Positions 26,068-35,875 of a DNA stretch of 64,000 nt are shown here, piece after piece. Where the stretch lies: positions 259 through 64,258 of the forward strand of contig JBBDXI010000070.1 in the NCBI GenBank assembly GCA_040902425.1, read 5' to 3'. A program made the translations under genes and the position numbers. Source of the stretch: Phycisphaerales bacterium (GTDB lineage: Bacteria; Planctomycetota; Phycisphaerae; Phycisphaerales; UBA1924). Each line of letters begins with the position of its first letter. Positions within the stretch are counted from its first letter, which is position 1. The notes under the pieces were generated by a model that had not been told where the DNA came from, did not search any database, and was given only the letters and a program-made list of their open reading frames with translations.

Positions 26068-26340
26068 GAGTGGTTACAGCCCGGCGCTGCGCCGGGCGGA
26101 TCGAAAACCTGTCGTTCACGGCTCGCCTATAGTTGGTCGATAAGCGGTCCACGCGGCCGCGCATCTCCCGGCCGAATCCAAGTTCAACTCTGGCCGGCAG
26201 GCCGCGGGAGGTGCCCGGGTCAATCCCCGGGGGCGCAGGGCCATCCACGGTCGCACCCATCCCACCTCGGGCGGAACTTCCGTTCCGCCGCCGCCGGGTC
26301 AGAGCCCGGTTCCCACACGACAATCAGGAAGTTCCCGCTC

Positions 26341-28239
26341 ATGCCGAAGACCACGGTAGAGGAAAGCAAGGGCAAGCCCGCATCCAAGAAGGAGCGCGCG
26401 GCCGAGCCGAAGGCCGAGAAGCCCGAGCCGCGCGAGGCCCCCGAGTCGCGCCGCTCGGAGCCGGAGCGGCCATCGCGGCCCGAGCCGGCGCCCGTGCCGC
26501 CGGCGCCGCGCCAGGAGGCGCCCGCAGCGCCGGCATCCGGGCCGGGCGGCGGGCCATCCGGCGGGCCATCCCAGTCAGCGTCCCAAGGGCCGTCAGGCGG
26601 TGGCCAGGGGTGGCAGGGCGGCGGCGGCGGAGGTGGCGGCCCGGGCGGTCCCGGCCAGCAGCAGTACCAGCGCCCGCAGGGGATGCAGGGTCAGCCCGCT
26701 GGGGGGGGCGGCGGGGGCGGCGGCGGAGGGTTCCAGGAGGGGTTCCGGACCGGCCGCCGCAAGAAGAAGCGTCGCAAGGGCGGGGGCGGCGGGTTCGGCA
26801 TGGGCGGGGGCGGTGGCGGGGGCGGCGGCGGCGGTGGTGGGGGAGGGAGCGGGGGCGGGGGCGGTGCGTACCAACCAAGCTACCACCACCACGACAGCTC
26901 GCTGCCGAGCGATGAGGAGTTGGAGCGCGAAGCGGCCGAGCTGGAGCGGATCGCCGCGGCCAGCCCGCAGATCGCCAAGGAAGCGATCAGCATCAGCCAG
27001 CTTCAGCGGATGGAGATCGACGAGCTGCAGGGCGTGGCGGGGAAGGAGGGGCTGACCGACTACTTCCACACGCCCAAGCAGGAGCTGATCTTCAAGATCC
27101 TCAAGGCCCGTGCCGCCAAGCAGGGCCTGATGTACGGCGACGGGACGCTGGAGATCATGCCGGACGGGTTCGGGTTCCTCCGCTCGCCGGAGCAGAGCTA
27201 CCTGCCGGGGCCGGACGACATCTACGTGAGCCCGTCGCAGGTGCGTCGCTTCGGCCTGCGCAAAGGCATGATCGTCAAGGGCCTGATCCGCCCGCCCAAG
27301 GAGAGCGAGCGCTACTTCGCGCTGCTTCGCGTCGATGAGGTTAACGGCGGCGCGCCGCAGCGGATCCACGGGCTGACGAACTTCGAGGACCTGACGCCGC
27401 TGCACCCCGAGCACCGGTTCATCCTGGAGACGACGCCGGACGAGATCGAGTGCCGGATCATCGACCTGGTGGCGCCGGTCGGCAAGGGCCAGCGGGCGCT
27501 GATCGTGGCCCCGCCGCGCACCGGCAAGACGGTCCTGCTCCAGAAGATGACCAAGGCGATCAAGAAGAACTACGGGGACACGCGGATCATCGTGCTGCTG
27601 GTGGATGAGCGCCCCGAGGAAGTGACGGATTTCCGGCGGAGCTGCCCGGGGGTTGAAGTCGTGGCCAGCACGTTCGACGAGGATTCCTCGCGGCACGTGC
27701 AGGTGTGCGAGATGGTGATCGAGAAATCGAAGCGCATGGTGGAGTTCGGGGATGACGTGGTCATCCTGCTCGACTCGATCACGCGGCTGGCCCGGGCGTA
27801 CAACGCCAACATGCCGCACTCGGGCAAGATCATGACCGGCGGCCTGGACAGCAACGCGCTGATCCGGCCCAAGAAGTTCTTCGGCGCTGCCCGCGCCATC
27901 GAGCGGGGCGGGAGTTTGACCATCATCGGGACGGCCCTTGTGGACACGGGCAGTAAGATGGACGAGGTGATCTTCGAGGAGTTCAAGGGCACCGGCAACA
28001 GCGAGCTGCACCTGGACCGCAAGCTCATGGAGAAGCGGATCTACCCGTGCATCGACATCCCGGCGTCGGGCACGCGGCGCGAGGAGCTCCTGCTGGACCC
28101 CAAGGAGCTGGAGCTGGTCTACCGGCTGCGCAAGGTGCTCAGCGACATGAACGTGGTGGAGGCGATGGAGCTGGTCAAGAGCCGGCTGAAGAAGGTCAAG
28201 ACCAACGCCGAGTTCCTGATGACCATGGCCCTCGGCTAG
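26341..28239 (+). CDS. rho: Transcription termination factor Rho with a ~205-aa disordered Gly/Pro-rich N-terminal extension
   Basis: The C-terminal ~420 aa are canonical Rho: [24 protein letters not shown] (Walker A), [11 protein letters not shown] and [21 protein letters not shown]. The N-terminus contains runs of up to about 15 Gly. Confidence 0.95.
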   Translation: MPKTTVEESKGKPASKKERAAEPKAEKPEPREAPESRRSEPERPSRPEPAPVPPAPRQEAPAAPASGPGGGPSGGPSQSASQGPSGGGQGWQGGGGGGGGPGGPGQQQYQRPQGMQGQPAGGGGGGGGGGFQEGFRTGRRKKKRRKGGGGGFGMGGGGGGGGGGGGGGGSGGGGGAYQPSYHHHDSSLPSDEELEREAAELERIAAASPQIAKEAISISQLQRMEIDELQGVAGKEGLTDYFHTPKQELIFKILKARAAKQGLMYGDGTLEIMPDGFGFLRSPEQSYLPGPDDIYVSPSQVRRFGLRKGMIVKGLIRPPKESERYFALLRVDEVNGGAPQRIHGLTNFEDLTPLHPEHRFILETTPDEIECRIIDLVAPVGKGQRALIVAPPRTGKTVLLQKMTKAIKKNYGDTRIIVLLVDERPEEVTDFRRSCPGVEVVASTFDEDSSRHVQVCEMVIEKSKRMVEFGDDVVILLDSITRLARAYNANMPHSGKIMTGGLDSNALIRPKKFFGAARAIERGGSLTIIGTALVDTGSKMDEVIFEEFKGTGNSELHLDRKLMEKRIYPCIDIPASGTRREELLLDPKELELVYRLRKVLSDMNVVEAMELVKSRLKKVKTNAEFLMTMALG

Positions 28240-28250
28240 GCCGTAACCCG

Positions 28251-30935
28251 ATGCCCCCCTTCCCCGCCCGAGGCCGCTGGATCGCCGGCGCGATGAGCGT
28301 CGCGGCGATGCTCTGTACGGCCGTCGTGGCGGGCCCGGCGCAGCCGCCCGCGCCCGACCCTGCGCGGGAACTGCTCGCGAGGTCGATCACGCGGCTGGCG
28401 CTGCTCGACCTTCGGGGGACGGCGGCCCCGGGGCCGGCGGACTATCGCGCCGCGTCGCTCCTGCTGACGATGGCCCATGAGCTGGCCCCCGGCGATCCGG
28501 AGATGGTCCGGCGGGCGATCGAGGCGGCGTACGCGGCCGACGACCGGGCGATGGTGCTCGAGCTGACACGCACACTGCTCCGGCTGGACCCGGCGGACAC
28601 CATCGCGCAACTGCGGTTGCTGACGGCCTCGATCACGACTCGGGCGCAGAACGCCGACGACCGGCTGCGGGCCTACGAGGCCTGCCTGAGCGGGCCGGAC
28701 AGCGCCCACTTCGACGCCGCGATCAAGTCGCGACTGGCGCTGGATGCGGCGCTTCTGCTGCGCGAGCGGGGGGATGAGAAGGGGTTCGTCGCCAGGCTGA
28801 CGCAGGCGGTGCAGCTGGACTCGACGCACAAGGAGGCGGCGGCCCTGGCGGCCACGTACTACGCCGAGCGGGTCCCGCAGGACCGCGTCGGCGGGATGGA
28901 GTGGCTGGTCGTGCTGCTCAAGGCCGATCCGGTGGACCCCAACGTCCACATGACGATCGCCCGCGAGCTGGCCTCGGCGGGGGCCTATGCCCAGGCGAAG
29001 CGCTTCCACACCAACGCGCTGCGGATTAGCTATCTCACCGGCGGCGCGGTGGACGAGATGCTGCTCCAGGGGCGGGTGCTCCAGTGGTACATCGAGGGGC
29101 CGGGGGCGGTGGTCCGGGAGATCAACCTCGAGCTGAGCGTCGAGCGGGACGCGGCGGCGCGGCAGATCCGCCAGCGGGTCGAGGCGAAGCTGCCGACGGA
29201 TGACATCACCAAGCCGGAGGAGATCCGGCTGAGCCTCCCGATCGCGTCGGTGGCGATCCTGACGGCGCAGGCCGCCGGCGAGCACGCCTCGGCGACGGCC
29301 GCCATGCAGGAGGTGACGAAGACCCTGAACGACACGATCCCGAAGATCCAGGAAGCCGTGCGGCAGGGCCGGCTGAACGAGGCCCAGGGTCAGGCGCAGT
29401 TGGTGGAGCTCACACTCCACCTGTACTCGCTGCGGCTGTGGGCGGGGCTGCAGGTGGACGAGGTCAAGGCCGACCTTGAGCAGGCCATGCGGCAGATGGA
29501 GCGGATGCCGGAGGGCTTCGCCCCGCTGACGGGGTGGCTGAAGGTCAGGACGGGCGACGCCCGCGGCGCCCTGGCGGACCTGGAGCCGATCGCGGATGCG
29601 AGCCCGATGGCGCGGCTCGGGGTGGGGGCGGCGTTCGAACAACTGGGGGAGAAGGACCGGGCGATCGCCGAGTACCGGCGGGTGCTGCGCGACTACCCGC
29701 TGCTGCTGGTGGGGGCGTGGGCGCGGGCACGCCTGCTGGCGCTGGGCGGCGGGGAGGAGATCGAGCCGGCCCGGGCCGCCCTGGAGCGCATCGCCGCGGG
29801 CGTGCCGGGGTACGTGGACCGGATGATCGCGGCGCCGCGCGAGTTCCTGCAGCTGCGCACGGAGGTCGCGAACGCCGCGCCGGAGGCAATCGACCGCGTC
29901 GCCGTGCGGGTCACGATCGAGAACCTCTCCGACATCCCGCTGGCCTTGGGCGCGGACCGGCCGCTGAGCACGCGGCTGCTGCTGGCGCCGCGCCTGGATG
30001 CGGGCCTCGCCGGCAGCCCGCTCAACAGGCCGGAGATCGTGGACGTGAACCAGAGGCTCCGCCTCATGCCGCGCGAGCGGCTGACCGCGACCATCTGGCC
30101 GGACCCCGGGCAGGGCGGCTGGCTGATGGAGGCGATGGCGAACCGGACGATCCGCGTGCGCTGGCGGGTGATCCAGGGGTTCAGGATCGACCGCGCGGGC
30201 GGGTTCCAGCCCGGGCCGATGGGCGTGGCCTCGGAGACCGAGGCGGTGGTCCGCCGGCCGCTCCCGGAGGCGTCGCTGTCGCCGGCGGCGCTGGCGGCGA
30301 AGGTCGCGGGCGACCCGGTGGAGATGCTGCCGCGGCTGGCGTTCGTGACGCGGGCGTTCCTGCTCGCGCCGGCGCTCGAGGAGATCGGGCCCCGGCGCCC
30401 GGAGCCGCTGAAGGGCGAGCTGGGCGATGCGCCCCCGCCGCCCCAGCCGCCGCCCGCGCCGGACGAGTTCAAGGTCGTGGCGGACGCGTTCGCGGCGCGG
30501 TACGCAAGCCTGCCCCCCGTGCAGCGGGCGATCCTGGTGGCGACCCTGCCGCACGCGCGCCTGGCGCCGGTGATGGCGGGGTTCGACCAGGTCGTGCGGG
30601 GCGATGCCGACCCGCTGGTGCAGGCGCTGGTCCTGGTGACCCGCGTGTCGAACGCCGAGGATGAGCTGCTGACTCGGGCTGCGCAGTCGCCCGATGAGCG
30701 TGTTCGAGCCCTGGCGGGGCACCTCCGGGCGCGCCTGGCGGGCAGTGCGCCGCTGTATTCCCGGCTATCCGCGGCGGACATCCGTGCCATCCCCGCGCGC
30801 GAAGGGCGGGAAGGGCCGGCGCCGCAGCAGGTACCACCGGCAGCGCCCGATGCCGGGCGGGCCCGCCCGGGTGCGCCCGCCCCCGCGGCGGGGAACTCCG
30901 GGGCCCTGCCCGCGCCCGCGGGAACGGGCAGGTGA
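28251..30935 (+). CDS. Secreted TPR-like repeat protein, function unknown
   Basis: 894 aa starting MPPFPARGRWIAGAMSVAAMLCTAVVAG (signal-like). It is a helical repeat protein with TPR-like segments such as GEKDRAIAEYRRVLRDYP. The track ORF start at 28047 lies inside rho. Confidence 0.55.
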   Translation: MPPFPARGRWIAGAMSVAAMLCTAVVAGPAQPPAPDPARELLARSITRLALLDLRGTAAPGPADYRAASLLLTMAHELAPGDPEMVRRAIEAAYAADDRAMVLELTRTLLRLDPADTIAQLRLLTASITTRAQNADDRLRAYEACLSGPDSAHFDAAIKSRLALDAALLLRERGDEKGFVARLTQAVQLDSTHKEAAALAATYYAERVPQDRVGGMEWLVVLLKADPVDPNVHMTIARELASAGAYAQAKRFHTNALRISYLTGGAVDEMLLQGRVLQWYIEGPGAVVREINLELSVERDAAARQIRQRVEAKLPTDDITKPEEIRLSLPIASVAILTAQAAGEHASATAAMQEVTKTLNDTIPKIQEAVRQGRLNEAQGQAQLVELTLHLYSLRLWAGLQVDEVKADLEQAMRQMERMPEGFAPLTGWLKVRTGDARGALADLEPIADASPMARLGVGAAFEQLGEKDRAIAEYRRVLRDYPLLLVGAWARARLLALGGGEEIEPARAALERIAAGVPGYVDRMIAAPREFLQLRTEVANAAPEAIDRVAVRVTIENLSDIPLALGADRPLSTRLLLAPRLDAGLAGSPLNRPEIVDVNQRLRLMPRERLTATIWPDPGQGGWLMEAMANRTIRVRWRVIQGFRIDRAGGFQPGPMGVASETEAVVRRPLPEASLSPAALAAKVAGDPVEMLPRLAFVTRAFLLAPALEEIGPRRPEPLKGELGDAPPPPQPPPAPDEFKVVADAFAARYASLPPVQRAILVATLPHARLAPVMAGFDQVVRGDADPLVQALVLVTRVSNAEDELLTRAAQSPDERVRALAGHLRARLAGSAPLYSRLSAADIRAIPAREGREGPAPQQVPPAAPDAGRARPGAPAPAAGNSGALPAPAGTGR

Positions 30936-31882
30936 ACCCCGAGGCGCCGGGCACGGCTGTGGGGGCAGCCTCGCTCGGCGGGGCGCGGCCCTCGAGGCCC
31001 CGGTCGATCGTGGCGTTCCTCGTCGGGGCGGGCCTGCTTGTCGCGGCGGGGTGGGTGGTGGCCCGGCAGGGTGAGGTGCTGAACGGGGCGTGGGAGTCGA
31101 TCCGGTCGGCGCCGCCGTTGCTGATGGTAGCGGCCATGGGCCTGCCGCTGGTGAACTTCGCCCTGGTCTCGGTCTCGTTCTGGCTGCTTATGCGCCGCGA
31201 GGGGCGGGTCTCGCTGCTGGAGATGACCTGCCTGATCGGGGCGGCGTGGCTGCTGAACTTCATGCCCATGCGCCCCGGGCTGGTCGGGCGGATCGCCTAC
31301 CACCGCGCGGTGAACGGGATCCCCGTGGCACGCTCGGTCCGGGTGACGCTGGTCGGGCTGGCGGCCGCGGGGGGCGCGGCGCTGACGACGCTGCTGATCG
31401 CCGCGGCCCTGGGCGCGGGGGCGAGCGGATCGGCCTGGGCCGCAGCACTGAGTGCCCCGGTGCTGGCGGCGGGCGCTGTGACCGGCGTCCTCAAGGGCGC
31501 GGGTTCGCCGCGCTGGGTCTACGGTGCGACGTTTGTCCTGCGGTACCTCGACACGCTGGTGTGGGCCCTGCGGTACTGGGTGCTCTTTGCGCTGGTGGGG
31601 TCGCCGATCGAGTTCGGGGGTGCGGTGGCGGTCGGCGCGGTGGCCCAGGCGGCGATGCTCATCCCCCTGGTGGGTAACGGCCTTGGCATCCGTGAGTGGG
31701 CGGCGGGGCTCACGGCCGGGGCCCTGCCCGCCGGCGTCTTCGACCCGCGGGGCGCCCCCGCGGCCGTGGGCCTGGCGGCCGACCTGGTGAACCGGGCCAT
31801 CGAGATTGCCGTGGCGGTCCCGGTGGGCGTGGCATCCTCGCTGTGGCTCGCATCGAGGATCCGGAGCCGACGCCCCGCGTGA
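30932..31882 (+). CDS. Lysylphosphatidylglycerol-synthase-TM-region-like ('flippase-like') membrane protein
   Basis: 316-aa polytopic membrane ORF with a GNGLGIREW-type segment. Its GTG overlaps the upstream stop (GTGA). The family assignment is from memory of PF03706-like proteins. Confidence 0.5.
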   Translation: MNPEAPGTAVGAASLGGARPSRPRSIVAFLVGAGLLVAAGWVVARQGEVLNGAWESIRSAPPLLMVAAMGLPLVNFALVSVSFWLLMRREGRVSLLEMTCLIGAAWLLNFMPMRPGLVGRIAYHRAVNGIPVARSVRVTLVGLAAAGGAALTTLLIAAALGAGASGSAWAAALSAPVLAAGAVTGVLKGAGSPRWVYGATFVLRYLDTLVWALRYWVLFALVGSPIEFGGAVAVGAVAQAAMLIPLVGNGLGIREWAAGLTAGALPAGVFDPRGAPAAVGLAADLVNRAIEIAVAVPVGVASSLWLASRIRSRRPA

Positions 31883-32044
31883 GCCGTCCGGCCGCCTGAC
31901 CGTCGCGGGTCGCGCGGACTCGGAAGTGGTGGAAGACCTGCCGGCGGCCGGGGCATGTCGGCTTTGACCCTACCGGTGGCGGCGGCCCATGGTCCGCGGC
32001 GTGCGGCGCCCGGTATACTTCGGGGCCCCCCGGGGGGCGATGAC

Positions 32045-32118
32045 GGGCGATTGGCGCAGTTGGCTAGCGCGCTTCCATGACAAGGAAGAGGTCACTGGTT
32101 CGAGTCCAGTATCGCCCA
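32045..32118 (+). tRNA. tRNA-Val (anticodon GAC)
   Basis: Hand-folded cloverleaf: acceptor GGGCGAT/ATCGCCC, D arm GCGC-AGTTGGCTA-GCGC, anticodon arm CTTCC-ATGACAA-GGAAG, T arm ACTGG-TTCGAGT-CCAGT. The length is 74 nt and no CCA is encoded. Confidence 0.9.
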
Positions 32119-32295
32119 CTTCCGCTCCCGGCGCAGATTCTGGCGCCGACACCGGGCACATCGGGAATCGTTCTTGGCCAGCCGGGCGGCGACGCTGAGA
32201 CTGGTCATTCTGGGTTCTTGCCCTTCGACCCCGCGGTCCGAAGCGCGAGGGCCGAGACTGCCTAGGGTGGGATCGAGGGGGCGACACAGGGTGCG

Positions 32296-33708
32296 ATGAT
32301 GTGGTCCTGCCAGTCCTGGAAATCCAAGCCGGCGCACCAGTTCGAGTACGCGGATGCGGGACACGTCGAGCGCGCGATCGCTCGGCTCGGGCACCTGCCG
32401 CCGCTCGTGACCTCATGGGAGGTTGAGAATCTCAAGGTGCTGCTGGGCGCAGCGCAGCGGGGCGAGAGCTTCGTGCTGCAGGGGGGCGACTGCGCGGAAC
32501 GCATGGCCGAGTGTGCCGCCGACCCCGTCGCGGGGCGGATCAAGATCCTGCTCCAGATGTCGCTGGTCCTGTTCCACGCGACGCGGCGCCCGGTGGTGCG
32601 CATCGGCCGGTTCGCGGGGCAATACGGCAAGCCGCGCTCGAGCCCGACCGAGGTGAGGCAGGGTCCGGGCGGGCCGGTCGCGCTGCCGAGCTACTTCGGG
32701 GACCTGGTGAACCGCGAGGCGTTCGACGCGGAGTCGCGGCGGCCGGACCCGGGGCTGATGGTGGAGGCCTACTTCCATTCGGCGGCGACGCTGAACTTCA
32801 TCCGGTCGCTGGTGGACCGCGGCTTTGCCGACCTGCACCACCCGGAGAACTGGGACCTGGGGATGCTGCGCAAGGCGGGGTTGCCGCCCGAGCTGCGCGA
32901 GCGGTACCAGCGCCTGTGCGCCGAGCTCGTGGCCGAGCTCAACCGCGCCGACCGGATGGGAGAGCGGGACACGATCCAGAGCACGCGGGCGGAGTTCTTC
33001 ACGAGCCACGAGGGGCTCAACCTGCACTTTGAGAGCGCCATGACCACGCGCGTGCCGCGCCGCGAGGGGTTCTACGACCTCTCGACGCACCTGCCGTGGA
33101 TCGGCGACCGCTCGCGCTCGCTCGGGGGCGGGCACGTGGAGTTCTTCCGCGGGATCGAGAACCCCGTCGGCGTGAAGCTGGGGCCCTCGGCCCGCCCCGA
33201 CGAGACGCTGCGGCTGTGCGAGGCGTTGAACCCTCGTCGGCTGCCGGGGAAGCTGGTGCTGATCACCCGCATGGGGGTGTCACGCGTGGGCGGGGTGCTC
33301 CCGCCGCTCGTGGAAGCCCTGCAGCGTGAGGGATGGTCGGCGAGGAGCGGCGGCGAGGCGGGGGCGGGGGGGGTGCTGTGGGTCTGCGACCCGATGCACG
33401 GCAACACCGAGGTCGTGGGAGAAGGGAGCGCGCGGAAGACGCGGCGGTTCGACGCGATCCTGGGCGAGCTGGGCATCTGCTGGGACCTTCACAGCGATCT
33501 CGGCGGCCGCCTCGGCGGCGTGCACGTCGAGGTGACGGACCAGGATGTGACCGAGTGCCTGGGCGGGGCATCCGGCGTGCGGGAGGAGGACCTGGACCGG
33601 CGGTACACCTCCGCCTGCGACCCGCGCCTGAACTACGACCAGGCCATGGAACTGGCGTTCATGCTGGCGGAGCGGATGGGCGGGCCGCCCGCGGGGCAGA
33701 AGTTGTAG
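32296..33708 (+). CDS. aroH: Class II (plant/actinobacterial type) 3-deoxy-7-phosphoheptulonate (DAHP) synthase
   Basis: 470 aa. Contains W.SKPAHQFEYAD near the N-terminus, LQGGDCAE, GRFAGQYGKPRS, CDPMHGNT and RLGGVHVE. Confidence 0.9.
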   Translation: MMWSCQSWKSKPAHQFEYADAGHVERAIARLGHLPPLVTSWEVENLKVLLGAAQRGESFVLQGGDCAERMAECAADPVAGRIKILLQMSLVLFHATRRPVVRIGRFAGQYGKPRSSPTEVRQGPGGPVALPSYFGDLVNREAFDAESRRPDPGLMVEAYFHSAATLNFIRSLVDRGFADLHHPENWDLGMLRKAGLPPELRERYQRLCAELVAELNRADRMGERDTIQSTRAEFFTSHEGLNLHFESAMTTRVPRREGFYDLSTHLPWIGDRSRSLGGGHVEFFRGIENPVGVKLGPSARPDETLRLCEALNPRRLPGKLVLITRMGVSRVGGVLPPLVEALQREGWSARSGGEAGAGGVLWVCDPMHGNTEVVGEGSARKTRRFDAILGELGICWDLHSDLGGRLGGVHVEVTDQDVTECLGGASGVREEDLDRRYTSACDPRLNYDQAMELAFMLAERMGGPPAGQKL

Positions 33709-33717
33709 AGAATCGCG

Positions 33718-33746
33718 TTGACAAAGGGGCGGGGCACAGGCATAGT
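33718..33746 (+). promoter_or_regulatory. Sigma-70-like promoter of the trp operon
   Basis: TTGACA (33718-33723), an exact 17-nt spacer, then CATAGT (33741-33746). It begins 10 nt after the DAHP synthase stop. Confidence 0.55.
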
Positions 33747-33752
33747 TGGGCT

Positions 33753-33827
33753 GTGAAGCGCGGCCATGTGATTTCCGGCCTCGGGACGTGGTGGCGGACC
33801 ACTCACGTGGTGGCGCGCTCCCGGTAA
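33753..33827 (+). CDS. trpL: trp leader peptide with tandem Trp codons (24 aa from GTG 33753, or 19 aa from GTG 33768)
   Basis: Translates to (M)KRGHVISGLGTWWRTTHVVARSR*. TGG TGG is at 33789-33794 and TAA at 33825-33827. It lies between the promoter and the terminator, immediately upstream of trpE. Confidence 0.6.
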   Translation: MKRGHVISGLGTWWRTTHVVARSR

Positions 33828-33856
33828 CCAGCACTCAGACTGACCGGATCGGGCGA

Positions 33857-33892
33857 GGGCCACCGATGACAGCGGTGGCCCGCTTTGTTTTT
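33857..33892 (+). terminator. Attenuator terminator of the trp leader
   Basis: GGGCCACCG (33857-33865), loop ATGACAG, CGGTGGCCC (33873-33881), followed by GCTTTGTTTTT. Confidence 0.7.
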
Positions 33893-35294
33893 GGACTGGA
33901 GCGAGCGCGTGCAAGCCCCCTTTGACATCGCCGCGGACCTGGACACGCCGGTGTCGGCCTATCGCAAGCTGGGCGCGTTCGGCCCGGTCTTCCTGCTGGA
34001 GAGTGTGGAGGGGGGCCAGCGGGTGGCCCGGTACTCCTTCATCGGGCTTGGCGCCGCGGCGGCGGTCCGGCTGGATGCGGATGGGCTGAGGATCGACGGG
34101 GGCGCACCGGCAGTGGTGCGAGATCGGCAGGAGCTCCTGGCGGGGCTCCGGGCCGCCGTCGAGCGCACGCCGCGGCTGCTCCCGGAGGTCCCGGGGCTGC
34201 CGTTCGACGGGGGGCTGGTCGGCGCGGTGGGGTACGACTTCGTGCGCCGGCTCGAGCGGCTGCCTTCGAGGGCGGCGAGCAGGCCGGGGGAAGCGGAACT
34301 GGCGATGGTGGCGCCGCGCTCGCTGCTCGTGTTCGACCATCTGACCCGGCGGGTGGCGCTGCTGCACGATGGGCCGGAGTGGGAGCGGGCGAGCCTGCGC
34401 CGGGAGATCATCGCGGCCCTGCGTGCAGCGCACCCGGCGGCCCCCTCGCGGACCGGGCACGAGCCCCCGACGCCGAGCCTGACGCGCGAGGCGTTCATCG
34501 CGGCCGTCGGGCGCATCCAGGAGCACATCCGCGCGGGGGATGTCTTCCAGCTCGTGCTCTCGGTGCGGTTCACCGGGGCGTGCCGGACCTCGCCCTTCGA
34601 GGTCTATCGGGCGCTGCGGATGCTGAACCCCTCGCCCTACATGTACTACCTCGATGTCGGCGGCGTGCAGGTGGTGGGCTCGTCGCCGGAGGCGCTGGTG
34701 CGGCTGTCCGGGCGCACCGCCTCGCTGCGCCCCCTCGCCGGGACGCGCCCGCGCGGGAGCGATGAGGCGTCGGACCAGCGTCTCGAGCGCGAGCTGCTGG
34801 CCGACGCCAAGGAGGCGGCCGAACACGTCATGCTGGTGGACCTCGCCCGCAACGACCTGGGCCGGGTGGCCGCGCCCGGGAGCGTCCGCGTGGAGCCGTA
34901 CCGGTCGATCGAGCGCTACAGCCACGTCATGCACATCGTCAGCGGCGTGGGCGGGGAGCTGGCCGACGGGGCGGATGCCCTCGAACTCTTCGCGGCCGCC
35001 TTCCCCGCCGGGACGGTCGTCGGGGCGCCGAAGGTGCGGGCCATGGAGATCATCGAAGAGCTGGAGCCCGTGCGGCGCGGCCTCTACGCCGGTACGGTTG
35101 GCTACTTCGCCCGCAGCGGCAACATGGACCAGGCCATCGCCATCCGCACCCTCGTGTTCCAGAACGGTTCCTATGCCTACCAGGCCGGGGCCGGCATCGT
35201 CGCCGACAGCGACCCGGAGGCCGAGCACCGCGAGGTGCTGGCGAAGGTAGGGGCGTTGGAAGCGGCGCTACGGCTGGCGGAGGATGGGCTGTGA
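33885..35294 (+). CDS. trpE: Anthranilate synthase component I
   Basis: Contains DLDTPVSAYRKL, LLESVEGG, GAGIVADSDPEAE and RGLYAGTVGYF. The track start at TTG 33885 lies in the terminator T-tract, so GTG 33909 is an alternative start. Confidence 0.9.
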   Translation: MFLDWSERVQAPFDIAADLDTPVSAYRKLGAFGPVFLLESVEGGQRVARYSFIGLGAAAAVRLDADGLRIDGGAPAVVRDRQELLAGLRAAVERTPRLLPEVPGLPFDGGLVGAVGYDFVRRLERLPSRAASRPGEAELAMVAPRSLLVFDHLTRRVALLHDGPEWERASLRREIIAALRAAHPAAPSRTGHEPPTPSLTREAFIAAVGRIQEHIRAGDVFQLVLSVRFTGACRTSPFEVYRALRMLNPSPYMYYLDVGGVQVVGSSPEALVRLSGRTASLRPLAGTRPRGSDEASDQRLERELLADAKEAAEHVMLVDLARNDLGRVAAPGSVRVEPYRSIERYSHVMHIVSGVGGELADGADALELFAAAFPAGTVVGAPKVRAMEIIEELEPVRRGLYAGTVGYFARSGNMDQAIAIRTLVFQNGSYAYQAGAGIVADSDPEAEHREVLAKVGALEAALRLAEDGL

Positions 35295-35875
35295 GGGTGC
35301 TGCTGATCGACAACTACGACTCCTTCACCCACAACCTCGCGCAGGCCATGCTGGCCCAGGGCGCCGAGGTCCTGGTGCGCCGCAACGACGAGGTCACGCC
35401 CGACGAGGCCCGCGCCCTCGACCCCTCGCACCTCGTGATCTCGCCCGGCCCCGGCCGGCCCGAGGAATCCGGCATCTCCCTCGCGCTCATACCGCAGTTC
35501 GCGGGCGCCGCCCCCGTCCTCGGCGTCTGCCTCGGCCACCAGGCCATCGGCCAGGTGTACGGCGCGCGGATCATCCGCGCCGGCCGCCTCATGCACGGCA
35601 AGTCGTCCCTTGTGCACCACGCCGGCACCGGCCTCTACCAGGGCATGCCCGCGCCCTTCGTGGCCGGCCGCTACCACTCCCTCGCCATCGACGAGCCGTC
35701 GTTGCCCGAGGTCCTCGAAATCACCGCCCGCTCCGAGCACGGCGAGATCATGGGCGTCCGCCACCGGTCGCTCGACGTCGAGGGTGTCCAGTTCCACCCC
35801 GAGAGCGTGCTCACCCCCGCGGGCGAGCGCCTCATCGCCAACTTCCTCGCCCGTCGTCCCGGGGGCCGGCCGTGA
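35291..35875 (+). CDS. trpG: Anthranilate synthase component II (glutamine amidotransferase)
   Basis: Contains VLLIDNYDSFTHNL, GVCLGHQ and VQFHPES. GTGA overlap with trpE. Confidence 0.93.
   Translation: MRVLLIDNYDSFTHNLAQAMLAQGAEVLVRRNDEVTPDEARALDPSHLVISPGPGRPEESGISLALIPQFAGAAPVLGVCLGHQAIGQVYGARIIRAGRLMHGKSSLVHHAGTGLYQGMPAPFVAGRYHSLAIDEPSLPEVLEITARSEHGEIMGVRHRSLDVEGVQFHPESVLTPAGERLIANFLARRPGGRP

Noticed and set aside
26590-26880. GGC/GGG-rich repetitive DNA, as a possible VNTR or CRISPR-like array
   Set aside because: There is no regular repeat-spacer periodicity. It is in frame inside rho and simply encodes poly-Gly low complexity.
31964-32019. TTGACC ... TATACT as a promoter for tRNA-Val
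   Set aside because: The hexamers are 44 nt apart, far from the 16-19 nt spacing. TATACT alone, 25 nt (32020-32044) upstream of the tRNA, may be a -10 element, but I cannot support a full promoter.
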